From a virus (lineage: Duplodnaviria; Caudoviricetes), in IMG/VR virus record IMGVR_UViG_3300043391_000006, positions 1 to 29,084 of that record: a stretch of DNA of 29,084 bases, one strand, 5' to 3'. Both the position numbers and the translations under genes were made by a program. The notes under the pieces were generated by a model. The model saw nothing but the letters and a program-made list of their open reading frames with translations, did not search any database and was not told where the DNA came from. Shown piece after piece: positions 1-8,716 of the stretch. Every line of letters begins with the position of its first letter. The stretch's first letter is position 1.

Positions 1-33
1 CAAACCTACGAAACCTTAAGGAACATGAAATGA
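1..33 (+). CDS. 3' end of an upstream gene (partial; ...QTYETLRNMK*), possibly a lysis accessory gene
   Basis: Open frame from base 1 ends at TGA 31-33, overlapping the endolysin ATG (ATGA). Function is guessed only from position. Confidence 0.4.
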   Translation, partial: QTYETLRNMK

Positions 34-497
34 CTCAGTTAAGCGCAAATTTTTCTCTGCATGAGATGTGCAAGTCAGAAACTGCATTAAGGCTGAATTT
101 GGACAATACGCCTGATGATGAGGCTACAGAGAATCTACGCCTACTCTGCGAAAAGGTGCTTCAACCTGTGCGTGATCATTACGGCAAAGGCGTCAAGGTT
201 AACAGCGCTTATCGCAGCCCTGAGTCCAATGCCGCTGTTGGTGGCAGCAAGACCTCAGACCACTGCAAGGGTATGGCGGCAGACATTGAGATACCTGGCG
301 TGCCTAATGCAGAGCTGGCGCAGTGGATCATGGATAACCTTGACTACACCCAGCTTATCCTTGAGTTCTACACGCCAGGCATACCTGACAGCGGCTGGGT
401 TCATGTAAGCTTTGACTCTTCTAATCTGAAATGTCAAGAGTTGACGGCCACCAAGGTTGCAGGCAAGACAACCTACTTGAATGGCTTGGTGGCTTAA
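30..497 (+). CDS. Endolysin, peptidase M15A family (Zn-dependent peptidoglycan peptidase)
   Basis: NFSLHEM N-terminus; SAYRSPESNAAVGGSKTSDHCKGMAADI (SxHxxGxAxD) and WVHVS Zn-ligand motifs; AAGGA RBS upstream. Confidence 0.9.
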   Translation: MTQLSANFSLHEMCKSETALRLNLDNTPDDEATENLRLLCEKVLQPVRDHYGKGVKVNSAYRSPESNAAVGGSKTSDHCKGMAADIEIPGVPNAELAQWIMDNLDYTQLILEFYTPGIPDSGWVHVSFDSSNLKCQELTATKVAGKTTYLNGLVA

Positions 498-1163
498 TTG
501 GCACTAAACCTTGGTCAGCAGATAACTACACCAGCGCAGCCAAACCTTGGCTCGCCTGCGCCTGCCTATGACCAAGGCTTCTTTGGTACATCATTTGGCG
601 GCTTGAATGTCTACTTCAATAAGATAACGGCAGTCTTTGCAACGATCCTCGGACCGCGTGGTGGAAAGTACATCAACAACCCATATGGCGCGTTTCAAGA
701 CAGCACAGATCAAGTGGCGGCCAATACGACAACAGCCTACGCCATCACCTTTGACACTACCGACTTCAGCAATGGCGTGACATTGTCGAATTCGTCAAGA
801 CTTAATGTGTCTCAGGCTGGCATCTACAACTTGCAATTCAGCATCCAGTTTACAAATACCACCAATGCATCTCAAGATGTGGATGTTTGGTTTCGCAAGA
901 ACGGCACAAACATTGACAAATCAAACAGCAGATTTGGCTTTGCGCCAAGGAAAGGTGCTAGCGATCCATATCACACCATTGCCGCACTGAATTTCTTTGT
1001 CAGTTTGGCTGCCAATGACTATGTGCAGATCATGTGGCGGCCAACAGATGTTGGCGTCAGTATTGAACACTATGCAGCCAGCAGCTCACCGACTAGACCG
1101 GCAGTGCCATCAGTTATTGCCACACTTTCATTCGTGTCCAATTTGTCTACAGAAACCGCATAA
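498..1163 (+). CDS. Virion structural/tail-associated protein with a C-terminal C1q/BclA-like beta-sandwich
   Basis: TTG start directly after the endolysin stop; GIYNLQFSIQF...DVWFRKNG...LAANDYVQIMW pattern resembles C1q/TNF-like jelly-roll domains; lies just upstream of the tail gene. Confidence 0.55.
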   Translation: MALNLGQQITTPAQPNLGSPAPAYDQGFFGTSFGGLNVYFNKITAVFATILGPRGGKYINNPYGAFQDSTDQVAANTTTAYAITFDTTDFSNGVTLSNSSRLNVSQAGIYNLQFSIQFTNTTNASQDVDVWFRKNGTNIDKSNSRFGFAPRKGASDPYHTIAALNFFVSLAANDYVQIMWRPTDVGVSIEHYAASSSPTRPAVPSVIATLSFVSNLSTETA

Positions 1164-1170
1164 TTGACCT

Positions 1171-2652
1171 ATGGCACTCATACCTCTAAAAATTCCACCA
1201 GGCGTGTACCGCAACGGCACTGAGTATCAAAGTGCTGGCAGATGGTTTGACGCCAACCTTGTGCGTTGGTATGAGAACACTCTCAGACCGATTGGCGGCT
1301 GGCGCAAGCGCTCATCTAGTCAGTTGACAGGCTCATGCAGAGGCTTACTCACTTGGCGCGACAACAGTGGAGACAGATGGATTGCAGCCGGCACGCATTC
1401 CAAGCTATTTGCAATGAACGAAGCTGGCGTGCTAAAAGACATCACGCCAACAAGTTTTACAGTAGGCATAGCTAATGCTGCCACAAAGACCGGCTATGGC
1501 TACTCCACCTATGGCAACTTTGCCTATGGCGTGGCGCGGCCCGATACAGGTGCTGTAACACCGGCAACGACATGGAGCTTAGACACCTTTGGCGAGTACC
1601 TTATTGGTTGCTCTGACTCTGACGGCAAAATTTATCAGTGGCAGTTGGGATTCACAACGCCAACTATTGCGGCAGTTATCACCAACGCACCAACAGGTTG
1701 CGCGGCTGTAATGTCTACTGCCGAGCGCTTTATCTTTGCCTTGGGTGCTTCAAGCAATCCTCGCTTAGTGAAGTGGTGCGATCAGGAAAGTGACACAAAC
1801 TGGACGGCATCAGCCACCAGTCAGGCGGGTGACTTTGAGTTGCAAACAGTTGGCGCATTGAAGGCAGGCAAAAAGGTGCGCGGAATTAATTTGCTGTTTA
1901 CTGATGTTGATGTACACACCGCCACATATGTTGGTCTGCCTTATGTCTATTCATTTGAAAAGGCTGCATCAGGATGCGGTTTGATTTCAGCGCAGGCCGT
2001 AGCAGCCATCGACACTGCCGCGCTGTGGATGTCTACATCAGGCTTTTTTATATTTGACGGCTACGTTAAGCCGTTGCCCTGCGATGTCAGCGACTATGTA
2101 TTTCAGAACATGAACTACAACCAAGTCTCTAAGGTGTACGCCGTACACAATTCAAAGTATGGTGAGGTGTGGTGGTTTTACCCATCCAATGCCAGCAATG
2201 AGGTGGACTCCTATGTCACATACAACTACCGCGAGAATCACTGGAACATTGGCTCTTTGGCGCGTACAGCAGGCGTTGACAGGGGTGTGTATTTGCAGCC
2301 ACTGATGGTGTCATCTGATGGCTTTATCTATGAGCATGAGGTGGGCTATGCCTATGACTCAGGCGTACTGTATGCCGAGTCTGGACCATTAGAGATCGGA
2401 CAGGGTGACAACATTATGTCTGTACGCCAAGTTATTCCTGATGAGCAAACTTTGGGTGAGGTGGTGGTTAGCTTTAAGTCTCGGCTGTATCCAATGGCAA
2501 CTGAAACGACTCATGGACCATACCCAGCGGCGCAGCCAACTGATGTGCGTTTCTCTGGACGTTTAGTCAAAGTGAAGTACACCGGCGCAGTGCTTGAAGA
2601 TTGGCGCGTTGGTGTATCCAAGCTAGATATCGTTGCGATGGGTAAGCGTTAA
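1171..2652 (+). CDS. Tail nozzle/DNA-stabilisation protein (P22 gp10 / tail tubular protein B-like beta-propeller)
   Basis: 493 aa, rich in beta-strand and W/G residues (WSLDTFGEYLIG, VKWCDQE, EVWWFYPS); position immediately before the ejection-type genes is typical of podoviruses. Confidence 0.7.
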   Translation: MALIPLKIPPGVYRNGTEYQSAGRWFDANLVRWYENTLRPIGGWRKRSSSQLTGSCRGLLTWRDNSGDRWIAAGTHSKLFAMNEAGVLKDITPTSFTVGIANAATKTGYGYSTYGNFAYGVARPDTGAVTPATTWSLDTFGEYLIGCSDSDGKIYQWQLGFTTPTIAAVITNAPTGCAAVMSTAERFIFALGASSNPRLVKWCDQESDTNWTASATSQAGDFELQTVGALKAGKKVRGINLLFTDVDVHTATYVGLPYVYSFEKAASGCGLISAQAVAAIDTAALWMSTSGFFIFDGYVKPLPCDVSDYVFQNMNYNQVSKVYAVHNSKYGEVWWFYPSNASNEVDSYVTYNYRENHWNIGSLARTAGVDRGVYLQPLMVSSDGFIYEHEVGYAYDSGVLYAESGPLEIGQGDNIMSVRQVIPDEQTLGEVVVSFKSRLYPMATETTHGPYPAAQPTDVRFSGRLVKVKYTGAVLEDWRVGVSKLDIVAMGKR

Positions 2653-2696
2653 TCGTGGCGGCGAAATAGAATTGAAGATGTTTAAAGGGTTAAAAA

Positions 2697-5204
2697 ATGC
2701 CAAATATTAATAAGCAATATCAAAACTTAGCATCCAAGGGTAGGTATGGTGACACCATGCTTGCCCATATTAATCCTCAAGAAGCAGGATTGTTAACGGC
2801 TATGGGTGGTGCTGGAACTATTAATCCTCAAACTGGTTTGCCTGAGTTTTATGGTATTGGACAACTTCAGTTTCTGCCAAAATTTACGCCAGAGCCATTG
2901 CCATCATTAGGCCAAGCGTTAGCCCCCGAATCATTGGCAAATCTTGCCACTCAATTGAACACAACTACAGTTCCAGCACAAGGCTATAGGGGTATGCCGG
3001 GCATTATTCCAGCATCTCAACAAATTTCATCAGAATATGCACAGTATGCAGACAGAGCACCAGCGACAGGGATGGGTGGTGGTAGACAGATTGAAGGCTA
3101 CACAGTACCAACAGATAAAACATTTCAGGATATTCCACTTGTTGCCCAATATGACGCACAAGGTAATTTTAAGCAATTGACACTGGAGCGAGGTCAATAC
3201 TTAACGCCTGACCCAAGCCGACCAAACATCCAATCTGTTCCAAGAATAAATGCACAGGGTCAGGTTATTGACTTTGGGATTGTTGATACAGATAATTTAG
3301 ATAATAGTATCTTTGGTGGCATTAAGGAGTTAGGAACTGAGCTTGCCCCAATAATTTTGGCTTCACTTGGTTCTAATTACCTTTCTGGTAGTGGCTTTGG
3401 TACAGCGGGTGCGGGTGCTAGTACAGCGGGTGCTGGTGCGGCGGCTGGTACAGCTGGTGTGCCTGGTGGATTATTGGGAAGCGCATTACCAGCGGGTGCT
3501 GGTGCGGGTGGTTTCTTTGCGCCAGGCGTTACAGCAGGGGCGGCCACATTGGGCATACCGACAATGACAGGCGCACCAGCAGGTGTTACGCCAAGTTTTG
3601 CTGGTGGTGCTCGCAACATGACTTCTTTTCCAGGCGGTATAAATGGTGCGGACACAATAGTGGGATCAGCTGTTGCGCCTGCTGCTAGTAGCATTTCTGC
3701 GAAGGCTGCGGCGGCTGGCTTTCCAACCACTGCTGCTGGTTTACTAGATTTTGCATCTAAAAATCCAAGTCTTGTGGGCGGCGCAATTGGAGCAATAACT
3801 GGCGCTGTTGGTGCTGCCAATGCTCCAAAGTCAACCACCACCACTGCAAGCATTGACCCTGAGTTGAAGAAAGAATATTTAGCAAACATTGAACGCGCCA
3901 AGACGACTGCGACTGACTTGGGGGTGCGTCAGTTTGAGGGGTTTACGCCTGACTATTTGAGAGGCCAAGACCAAGTTATAAACCTTGGCTTGGGTGGTAA
4001 GGGTCAGCAGACAACTGATGAGGCCACACGACTTGCAATGATTGAGGCTGGCTTTACACCTCAACAAATCCAAGCAGCCACCGCTGGTGATGCATCACTA
4101 GCAAACGCACAAGGCTATACAGCACAGCAAATGCAAGCAGCCAATGCTGGTAATGCATCACTGGCAAACGCACAAGGCTATACAGCGCAGCAGATGGCGG
4201 CGGCACAAGCCAATAGAGGAAATATTGCCAATGCTGGAAGTGCTGCTGGCTCTCAATACATGGGCGCATATCAAAACCCATTTGAAGAGCAAGTGGTGCA
4301 GGGTGCGTTGGCCGACATTGAGCGTACACGCCAAATTCAAGAGCAGGCAAACAGGGCGCAGGCAACCTCTGCTAGGGCGTTTGGCGGTTCACGCCAAGGC
4401 GTAGTCTCAGGCATGACCAACGAGGCTGCATTGCGTCAGGCAGCTAACACTAGCGGCCAATTGCGATCTGCTGGATTCACTCAAGCAGCTCAACTTGGTC
4501 AGACAGATGCGGCTAGAGCATTGCAAGCACAGTTAGCTAATCAAGGAATTGATGTAACTTTAGAGCAGGCTAATACTCAATTGCGTCAACAAGGATCATT
4601 AGCAAATCAGTCTGCATTTAATCAGGCAGCTCAGTTTGGTGCTGGCGCTACAAATCAAGCTAACTTAACAAACGCCGCTGCCCTTAATCAGATGGCTCAA
4701 TATAACGCATCGTTGCAACAGCAGGCAGGATTATCAAACCAAGGCGCATTTAATCAAGCAGCTCAGTTTGGTGCTGGCGCTACAAATCAAGCTAATTTGT
4801 CAAATGCTGCTGCTCTTAATCAGATGGCTCAATACAACGCATCAATGCGACAACAAGCAGCTTTGGCAAATCAGGGTGCGTTTGCACAGGGTGCAGGAAT
4901 TCGTCAGGCCGCAATTGGACAGGTTGGACAACTTGGGGCGCAACAGCAAAACCTTGGACTGACGGGCGCAAATGCTGTGATGGAAGCTCAAATGCGAGAA
5001 CAGGCATTGAGACAGGCTCGACTAGACGCTGCGCGTAATATTGGCACTGAGCGTTTGGCTATTACAAGTGGTTCTTTGGGTATAGGTATACCCAACTTGG
5101 GTGGATCAACTAGCCAGCCGTTGTACTCAAGTACAGCAGGCAGTGCTTTATCGGGTGGTCTGACTGGCGCGTATATTGGCGGCTTGTTACAGCCAAGAAA
5201 ATAA
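2697..5204 (+). CDS. Putative internal virion/DNA ejection (pilot-like) protein
   Basis: 835 aa, A/G/Q/N-rich; N-terminal GRYGDTMLAHINPQEAGLL...GTINPQTGLPEF motif; Gly/Ala-rich hydrophobic segments; 21-aa and 11-aa periodic repeats. Confidence 0.7.
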   Translation: MPNINKQYQNLASKGRYGDTMLAHINPQEAGLLTAMGGAGTINPQTGLPEFYGIGQLQFLPKFTPEPLPSLGQALAPESLANLATQLNTTTVPAQGYRGMPGIIPASQQISSEYAQYADRAPATGMGGGRQIEGYTVPTDKTFQDIPLVAQYDAQGNFKQLTLERGQYLTPDPSRPNIQSVPRINAQGQVIDFGIVDTDNLDNSIFGGIKELGTELAPIILASLGSNYLSGSGFGTAGAGASTAGAGAAAGTAGVPGGLLGSALPAGAGAGGFFAPGVTAGAATLGIPTMTGAPAGVTPSFAGGARNMTSFPGGINGADTIVGSAVAPAASSISAKAAAAGFPTTAAGLLDFASKNPSLVGGAIGAITGAVGAANAPKSTTTTASIDPELKKEYLANIERAKTTATDLGVRQFEGFTPDYLRGQDQVINLGLGGKGQQTTDEATRLAMIEAGFTPQQIQAATAGDASLANAQGYTAQQMQAANAGNASLANAQGYTAQQMAAAQANRGNIANAGSAAGSQYMGAYQNPFEEQVVQGALADIERTRQIQEQANRAQATSARAFGGSRQGVVSGMTNEAALRQAANTSGQLRSAGFTQAAQLGQTDAARALQAQLANQGIDVTLEQANTQLRQQGSLANQSAFNQAAQFGAGATNQANLTNAAALNQMAQYNASLQQQAGLSNQGAFNQAAQFGAGATNQANLSNAAALNQMAQYNASMRQQAALANQGAFAQGAGIRQAAIGQVGQLGAQQQNLGLTGANAVMEAQMREQALRQARLDAARNIGTERLAITSGSLGIGIPNLGGSTSQPLYSSTAGSALSGGLTGAYIGGLLQPRK
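4050..4240 (+). repeat. 63-bp (21-aa) tandem repeat, about 3 degenerate copies
   Basis: acaaggctatacagc at 4109 and 4172; protein GFTPQQIQAATAGDASLANAQ / GYTAQQMQAANAGNASLANAQ / GYTAQQMAAAQANRGNIANA. Confidence 0.9.
4605..4900 (+). repeat. 132-bp (44-aa = 4 x 11-aa) tandem duplication
   Basis: gcatttaatca at 4614 and 4746; NQSAFNQAAQF-GAGATNQANLT-NAAALNQMAQY-NASLQQQAGLS occurs twice with small changes. Confidence 0.92.
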
Positions 5205-5213
5205 GGAAACATC

Positions 5214-6614
5214 ATGGCAACATACGAAGAGAATCTAGCGGCAATGAATATGCCATACGCGCCACTGCCTATCAGGGGTGGTGGTCAAGGCCAAGCATTC
5301 TCAGGCTTACTTGGCGACATCTTTGGCGGTGGAGGTGGAGCCACTGGCTTAGAAGAGTATTTAACGGCAGCTCAGACCGAGCAAATGAATCGCCAAGCTC
5401 TGCTGCAAGCAGCCATTGCCGCGTCACAGGCCAGCGCCCCTAGCACCACTCCAAAGAGTTTCATGCAGATACTTGGCGCTGGACTCGCTGGTGGTCAGCA
5501 GGGTTATCAGCAGGCGCAGCAGGGGGCTATGGCTCAGTTGCTCACCAAGCAGAAGCTGGATGAGGCAAGACGCGCACAGCAAGCTCAGTTGGCTTATCAA
5601 AACCTTTTAATGGGTCAGCCTACAGTTGGCGCTGAGATCACACCACAGCAGGCTATTTCAGCGCCTGGCATGGCGCTTGGTCCAACAAATGAACGTGCCG
5701 CGATGATTGGTCAGCCTGCGCCTAGCGTTGCACCTAGTGGAATGTCCAATTTGACACGCGAGCAGCGTTTGATGCTGTCTGCTTTGCCTGCCGAAAAAGG
5801 CATACCTGAGATGTTGAAGCTGACTCAGCCAACAGAGAAAGCAAAGTTGCTGGCTGAACTTGGTATGCAACCAACTTTGGCAAACTTGCGTTTGCTTGAA
5901 AAGCCAGAGGCCGATCCTGAGAAGATAAGGATTCTCAAAGCACTTAATATGGATGTGACTTTGACTAATTTACGTCAATTGGACAAGCCTGAGTCTGCAC
6001 CCCCTGAGGTGCAATTGCTCAATGCTGCTGGCGTACCAGTAACATTTGAAAATATCATTGCTTTGAAGAGATCAGGCGCTTCTAACGTGAATGTAGACAC
6101 TGGTCAAAAGGGTTTTGAAAACAAGATGTCGGCCAAGAAGACATTCATGTCAGAGCCTATCTACAAAGATTACAACGATATGAAGGCCTCATATGGTCAA
6201 GTGATATCAGCACTAGATCAAGGTTCACCAATTGGTGATGTTGCTGGCGCTACCAAGATAATGAAGTTGCTAGACCCTGGCTCTGTTGTGCGTGAGTCTG
6301 AACTGGGTATTGCGATGGCCGCATCAGGCCGTATGGACAGGCTTAAATATTATTTTGACAATTGGGCATCAGGCAATAAACTCACACCGACTCAGCGCAA
6401 TGATTTCAAGGCATTGTCAAATGAGCTGTACGCGGCTGCTGGTCAGGCTTACAACCAAAAACGCGGTGAGTATCTAGACTTTGGTTCTAGCACTGGAGTT
6501 GAGCTTGATAAGGCGCTTGGTGCGCCTGCCAATATTCCATCAGTTATTCGCACACCTGGCGCTAATGCTGCACAGCGCAAACCATTGGCAGACATCTTTA
6601 CAAGAAAGCCATAA
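5214..6614 (+). CDS. Putative internal virion/ejection protein
   Basis: 466 aa; TAAGGA RBS; Q/A/G-rich N-terminus; three ~28-aa internal repeats; helical C-terminal region with KLLDPGSVVRESE; located in the ejection gene block. Confidence 0.65.
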   Translation: MATYEENLAAMNMPYAPLPIRGGGQGQAFSGLLGDIFGGGGGATGLEEYLTAAQTEQMNRQALLQAAIAASQASAPSTTPKSFMQILGAGLAGGQQGYQQAQQGAMAQLLTKQKLDEARRAQQAQLAYQNLLMGQPTVGAEITPQQAISAPGMALGPTNERAAMIGQPAPSVAPSGMSNLTREQRLMLSALPAEKGIPEMLKLTQPTEKAKLLAELGMQPTLANLRLLEKPEADPEKIRILKALNMDVTLTNLRQLDKPESAPPEVQLLNAAGVPVTFENIIALKRSGASNVNVDTGQKGFENKMSAKKTFMSEPIYKDYNDMKASYGQVISALDQGSPIGDVAGATKIMKLLDPGSVVRESELGIAMAASGRMDRLKYYFDNWASGNKLTPTQRNDFKALSNELYAAAGQAYNQKRGEYLDFGSSTGVELDKALGAPANIPSVIRTPGANAAQRKPLADIFTRKP

Positions 6615-6616
6615 TC

Positions 6617-8713
6617 ATGGATGATTTAAAAAAGCAGATTGATGCGGCCAGACAAGAAGGCTATCAAGATGACGAGATCATGGGTTATCTGTCGGCACTG
6701 CCTGGTGTAGACACTCAGATTAAAACTGCCATTGAGAATAACTACACGCCATCAGAGGTGCTGAAGTTTTTGTCTGAGCGTAAGTCTCCTGCTTATGAAG
6801 CTGGCGCTAAAAAATCACAGTTAGAAAAAGGATTCTTGGCGGCTATGCAAGGCCCGACTATGGGTTTTTATGATGAACTTGCTGGAGCTGTTGCCGCACC
6901 ATTTATGGCAATTTCAGAGGGTAAACCACTGTCTCAAGCATACCAAGAACAGCGAGACATTATTCGTGGCGCTGTTGAGTCCTACACCAAAGAGAATCCA
7001 TATACATCCGCTGGATTGCAAGTAGCGGCCACATTGCCAACAATGGCGATTGGTGCGCCGGCAAGAGTTGGACAAGCTATTAATCGTGGCATTGTGACGC
7101 CTACTATGGAGGCCATATCTCCAAGGCTGGCTCAATTCCAAAACTACTTGACTCAGGCGCCAGCAGCCGGCCAAGTCATGGGTATGGGTCAGCGTATGGC
7201 GCAGGCTGGTGCTACTGGCATTGGCTATGGCGCTGTTGGCGGCCTTGGTACATCAGAGGGCGAAAGCATTGCAGACATCACTAAGGACGTGGCTAAAGGC
7301 GCAGCAATTGGCGGTGTGGTAGGTCCAATATCTCAGCCAGTGATGTCGGTTCTTGGTGCTGGTGGCCGTCAGATCGCTGCAAGGGTTTCGCCGGCCAAGG
7401 CAGAGCAATACGCACAGCAAAAGATGGCCGAGGCTTTACTGCGCGACACACCACCCGATCTGCTTGCAAGCGCATTGACAATGTCTCAGGCTCGCATGGG
7501 CAAGCTCGGTACAGAGGCTCGCATTGCTGATGTTGGTGGTGCGAATATGCGCCAACTGTTGGACACCATAGCAACGCTGCCAGGCGAGACAAAGCAAGCC
7601 TTAGAGCGTGCCATCAGAGAGCGCCAAGCTGGACGCGCAGGCCGCCTTGTGACTGCCGCTGATACGGCTTTAGGCACTCAAGGCTCGCAGTTTCAGCAGA
7701 GCATTGACAACTTCAGCGAGCTGCGCCGCATTGAGTCGCGTCCTTTCTATAACGTCATTGATCAGGCCGTGGTGCAAGTCGATGAGCCATTGATGAAGTT
7801 GTTAAAGCGTTCAGAGTCATTGCAGGGCGCTGCTGAATTGCTGTACCGCACAAAGACTGGTCAGGCAATTGATCTGTCAAAGTTGCAGCCTGGTCAGCCA
7901 GTGCCAATGAATGTGCTGGACACATTAAAGCAGTCTCTGTATGACTCAGCGCAAAGTCTCAAGCGATCTGGCGCCAATCAGCAGGCTAATGCCTATGATG
8001 ATGTACGCCAAGAATTGATCAAGGCACTGAGCGATAGATCGCCAAAAGTTGGCGGCAAGTCTGCTTATGCTCAAGCCATGGAGAAGTGGGCTGGACCATC
8101 ACAGATGATGGATGCCGCCGAGCTTGGCCGCAAGGCGATGACTGGCGACATTGTCAACTTCAAACAGGAATTGCGTGGATTGACTGTTTCAGAGATGGAC
8201 GCATTCCGCATTGGCGCTTTGCAGGCTTTACGCCAAAAGACAGGTACAGAGGCTGGTCAGACATCATTGCTAAAGATGTGGAAAGAGCCAGCAACGCAAG
8301 AGCGACTCAAGGCTGTATTTGGCAACGACTTCCGACAGTTTGCCTCGGCAGTTGCTAAAGAAGCTCGCCTCAAAGGACTAGAGTCTGCTGGCCGTGGATC
8401 GCAGACAGCGGCACGCGCTGCTGGCATGGCCGATCTTGATGTTGCACCAGTGATGCAGGCGGGTCAGGCGGTTGCCACTGGCAATGTGCCAGGCATGGTC
8501 ACATCAATATCTAATCTGTTTGGTCAGGTCAAGACGCCAGAAGCAGTACGCAATCAAATGGGGCGCATTTTGCTCTCACGCGAACAGCAAAAACTGCTTG
8601 ATCTGTCCGAGTCACTGCGCCTCTTGAATGAGGCACGCTCACGCGCTGCTGGTACTGGTGGTTATATCGGTGGACAAACTGGAATAATCGGGTCAAACCT
8701 CGCAGGACAATAA
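6617..8713 (+). CDS. Putative internal virion/ejection (DNA transfer) protein
   Basis: 698 aa, Ala/Gly/Gln-rich and helical; QGPTMGFYDELAG motif; Gly-rich hydrophobic stretches; position in the block. Confidence 0.65.
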   Translation: MDDLKKQIDAARQEGYQDDEIMGYLSALPGVDTQIKTAIENNYTPSEVLKFLSERKSPAYEAGAKKSQLEKGFLAAMQGPTMGFYDELAGAVAAPFMAISEGKPLSQAYQEQRDIIRGAVESYTKENPYTSAGLQVAATLPTMAIGAPARVGQAINRGIVTPTMEAISPRLAQFQNYLTQAPAAGQVMGMGQRMAQAGATGIGYGAVGGLGTSEGESIADITKDVAKGAAIGGVVGPISQPVMSVLGAGGRQIAARVSPAKAEQYAQQKMAEALLRDTPPDLLASALTMSQARMGKLGTEARIADVGGANMRQLLDTIATLPGETKQALERAIRERQAGRAGRLVTAADTALGTQGSQFQQSIDNFSELRRIESRPFYNVIDQAVVQVDEPLMKLLKRSESLQGAAELLYRTKTGQAIDLSKLQPGQPVPMNVLDTLKQSLYDSAQSLKRSGANQQANAYDDVRQELIKALSDRSPKVGGKSAYAQAMEKWAGPSQMMDAAELGRKAMTGDIVNFKQELRGLTVSEMDAFRIGALQALRQKTGTEAGQTSLLKMWKEPATQERLKAVFGNDFRQFASAVAKEARLKGLESAGRGSQTAARAAGMADLDVAPVMQAGQAVATGNVPGMVTSISNLFGQVKTPEAVRNQMGRILLSREQQKLLDLSESLRLLNEARSRAAGTGGYIGGQTGIIGSNLAGQ

Positions 8714-8716
8714 ATC

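Noticed and set aside
3377-3901. 174-aa antisense ORF and similar shadow ORFs (e.g. 14120-14515, 15642-16100, 23536-23922, 26052-26435)
   Set aside because: They lie antisense to well-supported genes, lack RBSs and motifs, and are explained by codon bias on the coding strand.
4050-4900. Near-identical repeats considered as a DGR template/variable repeat pair
   Set aside because: The repeats are tandem and in-frame, differences are largely synonymous rather than adenine-specific, and no reverse transcriptase is present in the window.
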